Below are positions 36,001 through 51,496 of a stretch of DNA of 64,000 nucleotides, piece after piece. The position numbers were made by a program, and so were the translations under genes. The stretch is from Ylistrum balloti (Eukaryota). The stretch is from positions 1,116,001 through 1,180,000 of the forward strand of contig NW_026782269.1 of the NCBI RefSeq assembly GCF_031769215.1, given 5' to 3'. Position 1 is the stretch's first letter. Each line of letters begins with the position of its first letter. The notes under the pieces are model-generated. The model was given only the letters and a program-made list of their open reading frames with translations. It was not told where the DNA came from and ran no database searches.

Positions 36001-39000
36001 TACAAATTGTACTGTAACATAGGAAAGTTGTTTTTCATTATTGAAATCAGCTAAATAATGTACTAACAGAATTCCACTTACTTCTGGAGAGATACCACAG
36101 GTTGAATACAATAAAATTGTATTGTATAAAATTGCCAAAAATGTCCTATTTTACAGTACAATTTCATGTTTGATCGATTCTCCCCTGCTAGATTAGATCA
36201 GTCTGACTGATATACAGTGTTGATTTCTGTATTACAGGTGCTGTAAATGAAGGAATACAGAGTTAATATAATATAGAAAACAGTTTTGACCCCTTTTTTT
36301 CGTAAATAATGCTTTGTTTAGAATCCTTTTTTTTTTCAATCTTTATTTTTCAGGATATTAGCAGCTTATGCCAGCCCTTCAATACCAATGACCTAAAAAC
36401 AGTTTCATAACTCTTATACACATTTTCTTTCCAAAACATTTAAAACAGATTTTTTCAAAAAAGAATCACAATGTTAATCAAAGTCAATCAGGATGATGAT
36501 CACTATGAAGTGAAAACACAGAAGTTGACCCTTTCATTATGAAGTCAGAAAACAATACCTGCTCCTCCATACTTTTTAATTGAATTCAACTGACTGAAGG
36601 AACATTACATGTATTAAAGAGCGTTCTGTCTTTGATTTCATAACAAGTAGGATGAACTTCATGCAAACATAAGGGATTTTCCAGCAAAGCCTGTACCTCT
36701 TTGGAATTCAAAAATAATTCCCATATCTTCATGTTTGGTTTCCTGCCAATCAGTGGTGTGTATATCAAGAATTACATGTTAATACTTCTCTGATTCAGTG
36801 TACTATAAAAAAAGCTGAAGTCTGGGGAAGATAGATGCTTTACTGGAATAGTCCTAGGGTAAGATTAAACATTGTAATAGAGTAAACATCTAACAAAATT
36901 CTAAAGAAATAAATGTCACTAAATACAGCATAGATTTACTATAAGTTTCACAATAACTTAATTGTTGATGTGTTGACATAATATCTTCAACGTCACATGA
37001 GAATGATTTTAATGTTATTGTTTACAAAATGCTGTGTATCAAAATAACAAAGTGACAAAGTTTAAATAGATGCTTGGTTTTGATATTATATAGGCAACAT
37101 TCTAACATTTACAGAGTGTATGTCTTCAAGCTGAGTGAAGAGTGTATGACAAGTAAAATATCCATTCATACACCAGGGTATTTAATTACCTATAACAAAC
37201 CATAACTTGGGTGTGACATCTCCTGGGTGTATTTCATTTTCTTAATTCGCAAAGTGGTATCATGATCAAAATCACCAAAATACACAAAAAATCTCTTTTC
37301 AGACCTTTTTTAAAACTTGTCAGTGAGGATAAGAAATGTGCACATATTTCTATACAAAATGCTAGCTATACTAGTTGTGTAAAACTTAACTTTTGATGTT
37401 TTTGTTTAAATCTTGAAGATAAAATCTTATATGTAACACTTCAACTTTTTGAATGATATATAGATAAAAACAAAATTATATTATACTAGATTAAAAGTTA
37501 AAGTTTGATTGTGAAACTTACAATATTCTATAATAGTATATTTTCCACACTAGATACATGTAGTAAACACCCTTATGTCACTATCTGGCCAGCTTAGCAG
37601 ATATAAAACATCTGGCAGCATACTGATGAGATTTTCATGAAGGTTTTGTATATTGCTGTGTTTGATAAAAAAAAACTGCAAACTTTTCCAAAAATCACTA
37701 TGAAATAGTATACATATGTATTCTATGATTACTTTATGGTCACTCTCTGACCAGATGATTACATCAGCTGTATCATATATTTGAAAATAAAAAAGCATCA
37801 TTTTTTCTTATATGTTTCTTTTCTATCTAACTTACAATTAATAAGAAAGGTCAGATATATCACACTAAATTTTTTAATTACAGATGTATTAAAATTTTGA
37901 CAATATCTTCAATTGTTTCAACTTTGCATCAAAAGAAAGTTCTTTTTTTATACATAGAATTTGATTCAATATTTGTAATACAAAAAAAAAATCTTTTACT
38001 TTGAAAGAAGATCAACTACTCCATGAAACTCCTATCTGTAGACACTAATGCATGATCTATTGAATTTTGTATGATAGTGCAACTAAGATGACCAGTTAGT
38101 GGCATTTCAAAGACATTTCAATCTTGTGATGCTGGAGTGTAAAATTATGTCCATTTAAATTCCATCCTTTAAGAAAATAGTATATGCCAGGCAGCTGGCA
38201 CACAGACTCACCCAAGGTATTGGCCTGTGGCGATGAGAGCTGAGTAGAAGGATTTCATCTCAACTGGTATGAATTGACCAACCAGACTGGTCATGCTAGG
38301 CATGTATATACCTAACAATATTGTAACAATATAAACATTTGTTGGTGGTATGTTAATACTAATGTTATAACATATACTTTAGATTAAAAAAATCATGAAA
38401 TGATCAGAAATGAGATGATGTAGTTATCCTTAAACAATTAACAAAGTGTAAAAATTCATACCTAATCTATAATAAAACCAGGAAATATTAGCAATGCCCC
38501 GACTCTTCTCTGATTTATAAATATTGGATCTTAAATGAGTTTTCATTTCATATGTGATTTTGTGAATCAAGTCTTATTAATTCTTTTTTGTGAATCTTCA
38601 CAAGCAAAGTTTAAAACTTTTAAGTGAGTTTCATAAAATCTCACGAAACGAAAACAAATTAAAAATGCTTTTATCACATAACTAAGAAAAGTTACATTTT
38701 GACAGGTTTTAAACTCAAATTGTGAATGATGAAATCAAACTGAAGCAGCCATTTTGTTTGCTTTTTTCAATTCATATAAAAACTAGAAAATGTCTGTAAG
38801 ACATGAATGCCCCCGCCCCCCCATTTGAAATAATAGTGAAAGGTCCAAATGAAGTTGTTAGGTGGTATATACTGATTTGGGACGGGACGGGACGGACATG
38901 GGCAACGCTATATGCCCCCGGCCATAAATGGCGGGGGCATAAATACTGCTGATCCCTGACTGAAACAGACACTAAATCATGCACTGGGGTATATTAAACT

Positions 39001-42000
39001 AGTGACATATGCAAATATATTACATGAGTGAATTCAGTGAATAACAAGCCGATTATGTGATAAAATAACATTTACAATAATGATACCCAGAATAAGGACC
39101 CTGACCTTAATCTTTAACCATAGACTGTGACATGCAATATTGATACATATTCATGTTTAAGATTTTATGGTTGTCTGAAGATGTTGAGTCTTCACCCAGG
39201 GGCATTCAAGTGTAACGTCATTCACAAAAGTTTCATACATGTAACATCAGTCAATATGTAACAAGTTTATATCTTGTTATATTGGAATTTTAACTTCAAC
39301 ATTGATTGTGACCTTGAAAGTTGGCCTATGTGATGTAAATGTGAAAAGCGAAACATAACTACATTACCTGTGGTAATATAAATGTATGCAAAGCTTCTAT
39401 CTACAAATATGAATGAGTTAAGAGTAGGAAAAGAATATGGAAAAAAAGACACAACATTTAGTGATAATGCACATGACATGTAATGTTGGTATCTTAATCT
39501 ATGAAAAAATGAAGGCTGCAACAAGAATCTTCAGGATATATCGCTGCCCTGCCAGCATTTTTCCAGTAAAACATAAGGGCCTTATAAACATGTATGGAAT
39601 GACATTTACTAAAAATCTCTTTACTTAGGTGACAAAATTGAAGCCAGCTGTAATGAAAAACCATGAATGTTGATAATGTCAAAAGTATACTGTTAATGTT
39701 TCACCATACCAGTAAAACCTGGTAAATCTGAACACTTACTAGTCCTGTAAAGATACAAGCAATAGGAAGCACACAATTCAATGCAAAAAAAAATAGGAGG
39801 AAATGAAGTTACCAATAGATTACTGTCATTTTAGACAACAGGTGTTATATTTTCTAACTAAATTAATGTTGCCTCCCTGCAAGCATTCTAACCATCAGCT
39901 TGATATAACATCTGTTACCCTCAACATCAGTCAATAGCTGCCTTTTGAATTTGAAAAAAAAAAATCCACTGCCAAAGAATCCTTCAGTGGTCTTATCACA
40001 TGTACATTTTTGATGTAATCAAAAAATTTTCCAATTGAAAAATAACACAAATACAATCCTGACTGAATTCATTCTTATCTATATAGTTTATACATAAAAT
40101 TACTAAACCCCAATCAATTATTACCTTGAAATATCCCAAGGAACACTCTTGAGACAACAAGTATGTGCAGCGTGAGGTACTTGTCAGTGGACAGATAGGC
40201 TAGCTGTGGTGTCCAGAAGGTGATCATGGACCAGAAACAGGCAGCAATGGGCATGACCACATCACCGCCCACCTTATCAGCCAGGTAGCCTCCCAGGAAC
40301 TGTGTCATTGTGTACCCCCAGAAAAAGCATGACAGTACTGAGCCCTGTAAGCAATTTAAACAAAATCAAACTGACATACTTATATGTGTTTTATCCATAT
40401 TTCATTACCATCTAATACATCAAAGTATTCTACAGTTTAAAAATAAACAATATTTGATTTAGTATGCCAAAACATCTATAAAAGCCACACCTCAAAACTT
40501 TTTTAAAGTTGTTTGTCTTTAAGACATATCATAAAGTCCTCATCAGATCATATATTAAATACCTGGCAGAATGATAAAAGAAATAAACAAATGTTCAATC
40601 ACTTATTGGCTTTAAACTAATTACTCTTTGTAGTATGGGACATAAAAGTTTTCTTAATCATTAAGTGTTCTTCATTTTTTTCTCTTGACATTGGAAACAA
40701 CTTCTCTTTCTTTCAAAAGGTCTCAACCCACAATTGAAGAGAATTGCTGATAAAACATTGCTGTAATTGCTTATACATACTATGGGATGAAAACATTTCA
40801 ACATCTTTTTAATGTTACAATTTAAAGATTTTTGTAATATACAAGTAACGTTACATACGCTCTGTGTTTTGTCCCAGCCAAATTCCTTGGCCATGGAAGC
40901 AACAACCAAAGGTGTGACTGTCCGACAAGCATAGAGGACCCCACAACCAGCAAACAGTCCTGTGGCCCATTGCTTTCTTTCTGTCCTGTGTAAACAGAAA
41001 AAAAATATTCACATTAATAGCTAATTAGTGTTCACTAATCCAATTTCATATGATAAACTAATTGTAAGACTGCAGACAACAATTTTTAGCTTCTTTTAAT
41101 TTTTGCTCCTGTCTAGAATTTCATGATATTTAGCACCTTAAAACTATCTAAAAGCACTCAACATTTGAAAAAAAGGTGTAACAACACAATCATAGCTTTA
41201 AAATATTGATGTTTTCTCTGAATGGAATAACTATTTCATGGAAGTAACACTGAATGGAATCAACTATTTGAGGGAAGTAACTCTGCTTAAATTTAAGTAA
41301 AATCTATTCTTAAAATAAGGGTGGACATTCCAAAGAATGGTAAAACAAGTGCTTGTACAAATAATGTACTCAGTGTTAAGAGATGACATGATACATCAGC
41401 ATTGATCACTAACCATCTCATTACAGGTTTTAACTATTCTATTAACAAAGAAATGTCCTAAAAGCCATTTTAATTGTCCTAAGTATGGTATTTTTTCTCC
41501 TATTGGCTAACAGCAATTTTCACTGTTCACTACATAAATCATGTCTGCTCTTATACATTTATAATTTTCAGTTTCTCTCGAATGAGTACATGATCTATTG
41601 TTAGTGATCAAGTGATGGTTACACATTCCAAATGAATATTAGTTAAAAAAAGTATAAAAGGCAGTCCTAACATAATGTTTTGCTGGCTATTGAAGCTGCC
41701 ATATGGGGACAGACTGCAAAATTCTACTGAATCTTTTATGCTTCTATGTTTCTACCTCTAGATCCTAGTCCTATATCATAAGACGTCGCTGATCAGCCTA
41801 TTACCTGATGTTATTGACTCTATTTATAGCTTAGAATTTCATGACAACTATGTGTACTTACGGTTTATCTATACAAATCCTCAAATCATTATGATATAGA
41901 ATCTAAACAATCATTTTCCATAAAAGAGACTCCCAACTACAGTCAATGGTTGTGTTGATCAGGCATTAAAATATGGTGGCTTACAAAAATCAATCGAGTC

Positions 42001-42930
42001 AACTATACATAGCAAATAGTAACAACAACTGGAAAGAAAATTCAGTATTATTTCCGATCTGCATACTTGCATATCATTTTCATATCATCCTTTCCGTATC
42101 GTTACTGGGGAGACCTAGTGTTGATGTTTCATCAGCTTTACATTGGAAGATGAATTAGAATAATTTATTTATTCATTTTTCGGGGTTTTATTTTGTCATA
42201 AATTTGTGGTAAGAAGTAATTACTTGAACCCGTTTCATCATTCAAATCTATATGAAAACGTTGTGTATTATCAAAATCTTAACTTGGAAAATGTGACTGT
42301 CGGCATGAGGAGGTTAATTACACGTGGTCGGTGCCTGTCTTAAGTTTCTTGTTGTGTACCCAAGATCCTTAACTTTAGAGATTTTGAATGTACTGTCATT
42401 GTCAATAGAGGACTGATTGCGGCGTTACTGATCGCCTTGGGGTTTATGTTATCCTCCGAAAACTCAATGCTTTAATTTACTTCGTTTCTGAGCGAATCAT
42501 AATGTTCAACAAATCCTTCTAAGTCTCGTTAAATCATTTTCTGTTGTAGGGTGTCATTCTAGGGGTGTCTGACTTTGACGGTGTTATCGAAATAAGAATC
42601 TGATTCTATGAAATGACAGTATTGGTTTATATCGTTAAAAAGATTAATCTATCAACTACCATCGAGACATTCGATCAGTCTCGCCTTAAAATTAAAAAGC
42701 GCAAATTACTTTCAGGTATCGTTGGGTCACAACGCAATCAATGGAGCAGGACATTTATGACAGCTACTGCCTAAAAACGGAAAAAGACAACTCACAGTAT
42801 GTCTGAAACTTCGAAAGAGATAAATATATGTGTACCTATTCCAATATTTCCTATCCAGTCCCTTCACATCGTCTGTATCACTGATAGGAACTTTTATCTG
42901 CTTGTAGACGTCATCATCACGCTTCGCCAT
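27021..42930 (-). CDS. SLC17A9: SLC17A9 / vesicular nucleotide transporter (VNUT)-like MFS transporter, 448 aa. Exons 42930-42836, 40985-40859, 40344-40125, 35819-35720, 34840-34767, 33632-33464, [31622-31526 OR 31476-31380], 28980-28893, 28573-28539, 28062-27891, 27382-27353, 27160-27021
   Basis: All introns are GT-AG and the phases are continuous (1347 nt including stop). Motifs GSVLSCFFWGYTMTQFLGGYLADKVGG, GFHYPSMSS, FILLSWLPTFFHENFPDAKGWVFNVVPW, FHNSGILVNPQDIAPRHAGAVFGIMNMAGA and TKSWAAVF match SLC17A9 (human ILLSWLPTFFEETFPDAKGWIFNVVPW, NHSGISVNIQDLAP). Confidence 0.93.
31380..31476 (-). CDS. SLC17A9: SLC17A9 alternative exon 7B (97 nt)
   Basis: tttcag|G...AAG|gtaaaa; encodes SLLIGHFCENNAFFILLSWLPTYFHENFPDAK. 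Confidence 0.9.
31526..31622 (-). CDS. SLC17A9: SLC17A9 alternative exon 7A (97 nt)
   Basis: ttccag|G...AAG|gtaaaa; encodes SLLIGHFCENNAFYILLSWLPTFFHENFPDAK. Confidence 0.9.
38781..38943. mobile_element. Short non-autonomous Helentron/DINE-like element in an SLC17A9 intron
   Basis: Subterminal atgcccccg motif near the 5' end, (GACGG)n microsatellite, and terminal stem-loop tatgcccccg-gccataaatgg-cgggggcata (38911-38941). Confidence 0.7.
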
Positions 42931-44160
42931 ACTTCGCCAAGTCTGGGTCAATAAGACGTTTCTGTCGCTGTTGCTACAACGCTTTTGTTCCTTTAAGGCT
43001 GCACGCCACTGTAAGAGGAACGAAAAAAATATTAAAATACTAAAAATCAGACAATCACGATATCACCTGTTGAAAATGAGTATATAATGTTTATCAACAC
43101 GTTACAAGAAGTGTTGTTTCACGACATTATTGATATCAGTTGTCAACACTTGATGCTTACATTTTCTGACAGAAATAACGAAGTGGATATGCAAGCTAAT
43201 CGCCTTCAGATTCTCCTTTCTTGTTCATCTTTATTCGCTAGCTAATTACTGTGGTGCTTTGCTAACTTTGATTTCCCCCTCATATTGATGAAGAATATCA
43301 ATTTTTGGCTCAACCCTAGTGGCAAACGAGTGGATCACAATGATTTAGTTTTAAATTCATTTTCAAAATGGCCCTATCGAGGGTAAAATATTGATATATT
43401 CATTCTAAAAATCTGGTATCGTTCACGCAAATGGAATTGTTGTTGTTTTGATGCTTATAATCCTTCTTGGCACAATTAGCTGGTGGTTGTATGCTAAAGA
43501 TTAAAGATGGATGCCTTTTTCGAGTTTTCCACTTCTAATATCTGCTGCTTCCAATCAATTATAACGAATATCTTGCCTAATATTCCCCTTAAACTCTGTG
43601 TCATTATTTATATTATGTAATACTTGAAACAGTTTTTTAGGATTATGACTAAAATCAAAAGAATGTATGGTTCTGGAATTGCTCACCTGATCTGCAGCTT
43701 AAAAAGAATACTTTGTCAGATTGTAAATTCAATTTCTGCAAGCTTCAAAGTCCACTCCAAAGATGTTTATTCCACAAATGCTATGACCCAAGGCCTATTA
43801 GATGTTGAAAAACTAAGAAATCAAAGTTCTTAACACATTTGACACCTCTGATCTTGAAAAGACAGGCAAGCAGGGTAAAGGATAAATTTTCAAATTAAAG
43901 CACTCGCGCAATATCGCCTGTCGGATTACAGGCCTGCTGAAAAGTACTCCTCAGAATTCACTAGTACGAAAAGCTGACATATAAAACAATAGAACATGCT
44001 ATTTAACAGACACATTTAAAATTTATTAAGTGAAGGTTTTGTTAAAAAGGCCTCCAACAACATTCAGTGTCATGAATAAATGCAATGATTGAGATAGTGT
44101 AAACATCATTAAGTATGCTATGCCTTGTGATGAATTGTGAGATGACAAGGAACTGTCAAA

Positions 44161-44650
44161 CACAAGAGGTCGAATAGACCTGTATTGCTTACCTGGCCTG
44201 TTGATTACAAGGAACTTTTTGTGGAATCGTCATTTCGTTATAATTTTGCATGTTTGATTAAGCCTATTTCCCAAGAATGCTATGACACAAACATATAATG
44301 ACACTGTGTTGTGGGTTAACGAAAAGATGTGATTTTAACACATTCAACCCAGTTGTCATCAACTCCTGAGACTGCGTTTTGTCCTGAAATATAGAACATA
44401 ATCTTGACCCTAGATTTCTCATTTACTGAAAAGGGTAAAGATTTAAACACATACAACTCCTTGAACCTTTATAGTGGGTAAAGGTTATTTGTTTGAACAT
44501 AAGATGTAGCTCTTTATCTCAGCATGCTACAAACTCAATATTAGCAATACCCTAGGTCTTTAAGAGGGTGGTTACTGAAACAAGTTGTTTAAAAGGAAAA
44601 GTTGATGCCAGACAGACAATAGACACCATGTCATGGCATAAGCCCATCAA
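44161..44650 (-). mobile_element. Degenerate HINE-type element
   Basis: acaagaggtcgaatagacctgtattgcttacctg at one end. At the other end the reverse complement reads gatgggcttatgccatgacatggtgtctattgtctgtctggcatcaacttttccttttaaac, the same layout as 62037 onward. Confidence 0.55.
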
Positions 44651-46453
44651 CATCTCCATCAAGTGGTTAGCAAATTATACATAACCCAGTGTCAATCAAA
44701 TGGAGATCAAATAGAAAACAATTTTATGCGCACTTGTGAGATTACAAGTACTGTCATTGTCAATGCATGCAAGGCAAAGTTGAACTTGCTCAATGAATTA
44801 TCTTTATCAGCTTGACGACCCCACCTGGTCATTCAATCAGATCTGCCCCATTTCAAATTTTGTGTGATGCAACACTTGCCGTAAGAGACCAGCAACATTT
44901 TTCTGATCAGTCTGAAAATCAAACAGTCACAATGGGGGATCAAAAGAAAGCCTACATATGAAATCTGAGAAAGATCAATGAAGTGCCTCTTCAGAAATAT
45001 TGATAAGAAGCATGAATGGATGAATGGCGATTTGATCAGCATACCATGCCATGATGGTGGGCTAAAAATTTGAAAGCAAGTACTTGACACTCGGACTGAA
45101 ATGTCCTATATACCAACTTCAATCTGATTGAAAGAGATAGAATCCAAGTTCTTTATTATCTTTAGCTTTATGGCTAATTGGTTCAAAGAATAACTACAAG
45201 CACAAAATACCAATACCTAATGACATTTACACAACATCCATCCAACACTTTGTACATCAACACACAATAGACCAAGATTCTCTTCAGCATTTACTTCTTC
45301 TACCACAGTGATAAATTCCCCTAAATTAACAATGTCTTTTTTATTACTTGTTGTTAGCAACTGTACTAGTTTAAACACACAATGGTTTCTTGTATGATTG
45401 CTTTGGTGGGAGTTTCAAACAATGTTTCAAAATACAGACATTTAAGAACCAAGTGAAATTTAGCTTCAACATCTTCTAGACTACAAAACTGTACATAATC
45501 TGTTTCTATAGCTAATGTCATATCTACCGATTTCTGCATTAAATTTGTTTGCAGATAATTGTATTTTCATTATGCCTTTAAAATATGGTTTATCAATTGC
45601 TTTCTATGACATATATGTTTATGTAATCCTTTACTACAACTGCATTCTGCATGTTTATGTTACATGTAGCTGTGCACAAATACGCTAGCACTATAAATTA
45701 CCATTATTTTCACATTTCTTTCCATTGAAATTTTAGACAAATTAAAATTAGAAGCCTTTGAAATTTACGAGTAATCATAAATTGGACTGTTTATAGAGTT
45801 ATGTATTGGATAAATCATTTGCAGACACATATGGTCAGAATCTGACAATCTATGACCAATAGATAATTTCTTGAATACCCCATATTTCTCTATCAACATG
45901 GTCCCCAGGACTTAGACTTTTCCAGGCACTTCTGTCTAATATGTCAATGAGTCTTTCTTTGAATATTGGGATAATCTTTTCCCCTTATTGACAACTTTTA
46001 CATTGAAATAAAATGACTGAGTATATGCAAGCCCCAATAAATACATGCACATCTCCCGAATGTATGCTTTTGAACAAGAAAACAAAGTGGAAAAAGAAAA
46101 CATAAAATGTAAAAAAAAAAATTAATAACAAAAATAACACCTGAAAGCATTAAAAAATTTATTCAGTTTAATAGATTGATTATTAACATTCTGAATTCTT
46201 TATAAATATTCAATTAATACTTTCCAACACTTTATAAGCATCTTATGACATGCATATCCAACACGATCTTACTGCATGTGCATGTAATATGACAGGGTGA
46301 TAAAATAAGGTTATACTGCTTCAACCAATATTACATACAAACATAGGTATCCTAACATTCAACAAATCTTATCCTTCTTAAAAAAATATGTACAATTATA
46401 GCAGTGATATTCAAAACTTTTTTAAAAATCATGTCTATACACACTAGTTGCAG

Positions 46454-49400
46454 CTACATTTCTTTCTCAAGCATTTTTTTCATCTTTTTATATTCTGATA
46501 TTATTTCTTGGTAGTGAAATTTCTCTGGCATATGGTTGAATAGGCGAACTAGGTTGAATCGCTCCACTCCTGGTTGACTATAGTACATTGTCATCTGTTT
46601 CACTAAAATTAAAGCTTCACTTTTTGTCTGAAATAAAGAAATTGAAGATATTTTTCATTGGTTTCAAAAAAAGATAAGACAATAGTGACCAGGTTATACT
46701 AAATTTATTCAACATGTTTGACAATTTTTGTCATATGGCACAATCCTTTTGGATGAGTGTTGTGTCAAACCATTCAACAAGTTTATCTGATATATAGATT
46801 ATTGATATCATATAAATAATAGCATAGACAAGAGTTTAAGATTCTATTGGTCACTGTCAAATCTGTTTTAAATAGCAATTTTTACAACTTGTATCAAGCC
46901 AGCTTTGCATGCAGTTTTAACAATATAAATCCTGTTTTTCTTGTTAAAACATGATTATTTGAAATGCATAAGTTGAAAACATACACTGTTTATTGTTTTA
47001 TATTTTAGGTCAAGATTTGTTGACTGGTATAAATGGATTCCAGATCATAACATTATCAATGTATTATATGTATATATGCCATAGAAGTGACTTAATACAA
47101 ACATTACAACACTAGATTCAGGCATATATGTATCAGATCAAATAAAAATAAAAGTATCAGATGTGGTAAAAGTTATCTTACCAGAATATCACTGTTATAT
47201 TGGCCAGCCATCAGAACGATACCTGTAAAGAATAATTATACAAGTATATACATACACATACCAAAGGGATTTGGCTTAAAGGTCACTCTGAGAGTTGCAG
47301 CCTAATCGTCTTGGAACACAGACTTTCTTTTTTCATTTTTGTCGAATTCAGAAAGAAGATTATGCAATAGACTTGTAAGTACGCAATATATCTTATCTAT
47401 AAAATATCATCCATTTATATATGTGGGTTATAAACATAATGCACAATAACTCTGTGAACTTGAACAGAAAACATGTGGGACAGGTCATATCCTAGAAGAG
47501 AATTTTGACAGATATGTTAATACATTCTGTATTATAGCAATGTGTAGAATAGCAGATACACCTTTACATCAAATGCTGACACTGATATTGGTACATGTAA
47601 CATTATAAACTAAAATCCTCTCTTACATACCGGCATAAAAGCTCATTAAAGCAGACAATGTGATAAAATATATCAAACCTTTTTCTTGTTTAAGTTCCTG
47701 AAAATGAGTGAGCGTAAGACAGGATAAGGCTTTTTCTTTCTGAGTCTGTAAAATAGAAAAGGCAGGTTAATACTCCAACTTTCTTTCAGGTAATTAGCTG
47801 TACCTGTTTTTATGATAGATATTCACAGAAAATTATTTTTAAACCTAGAACATTGCATTATGCATCCGTATATTCACTTACTAGAAGAAAAGTGTCTCTG
47901 TCATTTATGAAGATCTGTCTTTCATTTTACCAAAAAAATTATTTCACAATAAAAAACTTATATTACAGACATCGAAATGATCTTTCTTTGGTGTATATAG
48001 GTAAGCAAGAAACTGATACTTAAGTCTTTTAGTACATACTTGGTACATTATTAAAGGTGTAAAGTACACATCTTTCCCACTGAATTGTGAAAGGATAAAC
48101 TCAAATCCATCTTGTCGTGGTAGAGGGTACACAAACTGAAAGGTACACAAAGTTATCAGTGACAATATCAATTTTAGACACTAAACCAATTAAAATATCA
48201 TAATGTTGTATAGTAGCTTTCTAGTACCTACAAATCTTGACGTTTCCCATTAATAACATAAATGACAGCAACTTATTCAAGATTTATGTATCAAATGAAT
48301 GATGTTAACAATAGGACATATTAGGGACAGCTATATCCTTGAAAAAATGTCAACATGTATATATGTATATAACAAGCATGTTAGTAGGTTTATATTCAAC
48401 ATAATAAGGGACCTTGAAAGGATCTTGGTTAACACAGCACTTTACTTTTTTTAATCTAGAAAAAATTATTCTACATCCCAAGCTTCAACTGTTGAATTTC
48501 ATAATGGGCACAAAATGACCATATTGTTGTTAATTCAATCATTCTCATTACTCAAAATGCATATCATAACTAGCTACTGGTATAATGACTGAAACCAACA
48601 TAAAAAAATATTTGAGAAAGGTTCATAAATTGAAGTGCTTTAACAGTTTTATGAGAGAAAGTGAAAACAGCTGTTACCTATTTAAATCAAAGATAGACAT
48701 CTGTTAGCTATCTGTTTTCCTTATCCATATTTATATTGACCAGGTAACTAGCAGAACAAGAGACCAAAAGGCACATGTTAACATATGATTAAAGTAGAAA
48801 CTTATGTGTGAGAAGACAGATCCACCTGTTTGCCATTCTGTTTTTAATCAGTCTCGAAACTCAATTATTACAACACAATGGGGACCAAAGGAAACCTATA
48901 AATACAATATGCTAGACTGAGGCACTTTCTGTACTTCTTCACAAACACCAAATAAAACAAACTGCTTTAGGACAAACAGATAATGAAAGAAGTACAATTT
49001 GAAAAGCCTATAACAAATGATGGTGGCTAGAAGTTTTGATGATTATGGGAAAAGAGGCACTATCTTTTTTAAAAAAATCAGATAAATACATTTTTCTGAT
49101 GAGTAACTCAAACATACTTGGTAAATAAAAATGTTTCATGGAATATTGTATTGGAATTTTACCTGTGAAGTCAATAAGATACTTACGACTGGACACACCC
49201 GAGCCTTCTCCATTAAATACTCATAATCCATCTCCTGTAACATACAACCCCTCAAATGTTTACTACTTTAGGAGCCAAATTTAAAAGAAGCCACAAAATA
49301 ATGAGCTAAATACCAGCATTAACAGAGGTGATCTACTCTATCAGGCTGGTATGATCTGTTCTCTGTGAATTTCAACTTTTCTGCTTTGATACAAAATCTC

Positions 49401-51496
49401 ATAAACAGAAATTCTCTGTTAAATATAGAATTTTGTTTGTTTAAAGTTGATCCACCAACTCTTAAACTAAATAAGAAACAATTAAAATAACAAGACTTTG
49501 CTGTATGTACATGATATACACTGTCTTATATAATGCTATTTTTGTATAAACATCTCCAACATTAAAAAAATGCCAAGAAACAAGACCAAGGAACAATTGA
49601 AAGTGAACAACACGTCCTTTTGGTATATCATAACAACACAGTGACATATCTATGTGCATACCTGTAGTACATAGTCCTTTCAAAATAGTACTGGATCATA
49701 TAGCAGAGAAAATTATTAGCTTACCTTGACAACACCAAATACACAATCTTTAGATACGTGGTATTCTTTCCATATCTGTAATAGAATAATCATTGTTAAA
49801 ACAATTGGAACTTTTCATTTAGACAAAGAAGATATATTCTGTATAGCCAGCATGTTCTCTCTCTAAATCAAGTAAAAAAATAAAATAAAAATACAAAACA
49901 AAAACAAAACAATACACAGACACAAAAAGCAATTTGATATGAAATTGTGATAATGCATTTTTTTTAACTCATTTCCTTTATATTACAAATGTATACTAAT
50001 ATCAATTTTTGTTATCTAAATACCATCACTGAAATAAATTATAAACCTGAGAATTAACCATCAGTATTACAAACCACTGATGTCTGTCATATTCTTAGAT
50101 TCCATACATAATTTGTATATCTTGATGTTTAAAAATTATACATTACATGTTCAATTTGTTCTGGGGTTCTGTCCTTTAGTAGGTCCACCTTCATGATTTC
50201 ATGTAAACTCTAGATAAAAAAAAATCTTTGTAAAGACAGCAAAAATAGTTTGTGGCATTGCATTCAATAGATTGTAGACACACATTCTATAACTGAATCC
50301 ACATTTTTGAATATCCACAATTATGATCTACTTGATAAACTATTTTTTTAATGGGATTTTAAAGAATTTCTTCTATTTCCACTATTAGTCCCTGTTTCTC
50401 CCACACTAGGGGGCCAAGACACACAGTTTAAACAAAATTCATACCCCTGCAACCAATGATGCTTCAGACTAAATTTGAGCAAAATCAAACAATTCCTGAA
50501 ACAGGAGTAACGTTTTAATGAACTTGCAAAATTTCCCCTTTTTGGCCTCACCTCTCAGGCCCTGGGCATTTCTGCATGAATTACATTACCTCACAATTAT
50601 TGGCATTAGAGCAATTAAAGAAGACAACTCATCATCATGCATTTCATAGTTCCCTTCATATTAAATTGAAATGACCTTGAGGAAGTTGTCATCAACACAT
50701 GTTCCAAAATCATTGCTGGTGAAAATGAATTATTTTGATATCATTATTAGACTTACTTTAGGTGGCCAGCTGCCAGGGATGGCCCCTTTCTGTGATCCAC
50801 TTTCAGGATTTTCAGGATCTACAGGAGGTGGGGCTAAGTCTTTCCTCAATTGTTCAAGCTCAGCTTGCTTTGTTGCCTCCATTTCGTCCAGTTTGGCTTG
50901 GAATTCTTCAGGAGCTTCACTGCAATACATGTCATATTCTTTTACATATTGAAGTAGTTTAATTTCATATAACTTTTTCTCTTTTAGAAATAAAATAGGT
51001 ATCATTGGAAAGCAACAATTTCAGCAGCTGACTCTTCAATTTCAAAGTATCAACATCCCAACCTTGTTATCATAATAATTGACTAAAACCAGCTTCAAGA
51101 ATAATCATATTTTCTTTTATTCATTTTTGTCTGAAAAATCATTAAAACAAATTGTTATCATTGTTTAAATAATAGTAACCTTTGTTTTTGCTTTAGCTTC
51201 TGCTTATACTTTTCAAAGAATGCATTCTGCTCCAAATCAAATGTCTTAGGTGATTGTTTTGGTGCACTTTCACTGCTATACCGTCGCACTACAGGTGCTT
51301 TGGGTAACCCTGCTAAGTCCATCATTGTTGGCCATCTTAAACCACATGAAGGTGAACAGGTCAGCGTTGGTATGGATCTGCTTTTGGAGACAAGGCTACT
51401 AGAGATGTGACGATTTGGAAGACGTGACCAACAGGACAGACACACACGTAACAAATTAACCTGAGGCATTACTCCTGTGTCAATGCTGTAGTTCAT
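46454..51496 (-). CDS. ATPAF1: ATP synthase mitochondrial F1 complex assembly factor 1 (ATP11 family), 330-339 aa. Coding exons 51496(or 51469)-51180, 50919-50757, 50209-50147, 49775-49725, 49234-49187, 48135-48040, 47745-47679, 47222-47182, 46627-46454
   Basis: GT-AG introns with continuous phase (1020 nt from ATG 51496). Segments LEQNAFFEKYKQKL, SEAPEEFQAKL, SLHEIMKVDLLKDRTPEQIEHIWKEYH, KARVCPVFVYPLPRQDGFEFILSQF, EKGIVLM and LVRLFNHMPEKFHYQEII match human ATPAF1. The N-terminus is Arg/Ser-rich like a mitochondrial presequence. The start codon is uncertain. Confidence 0.92.

Noticed and set aside
36586-36768. 60-aa intronic ORF (KIWELFLNSKEVQALLENPLCLH...)
   Set aside because: No splice sites fitting SLC17A9, no recognisable motif, and its length is within chance expectation.
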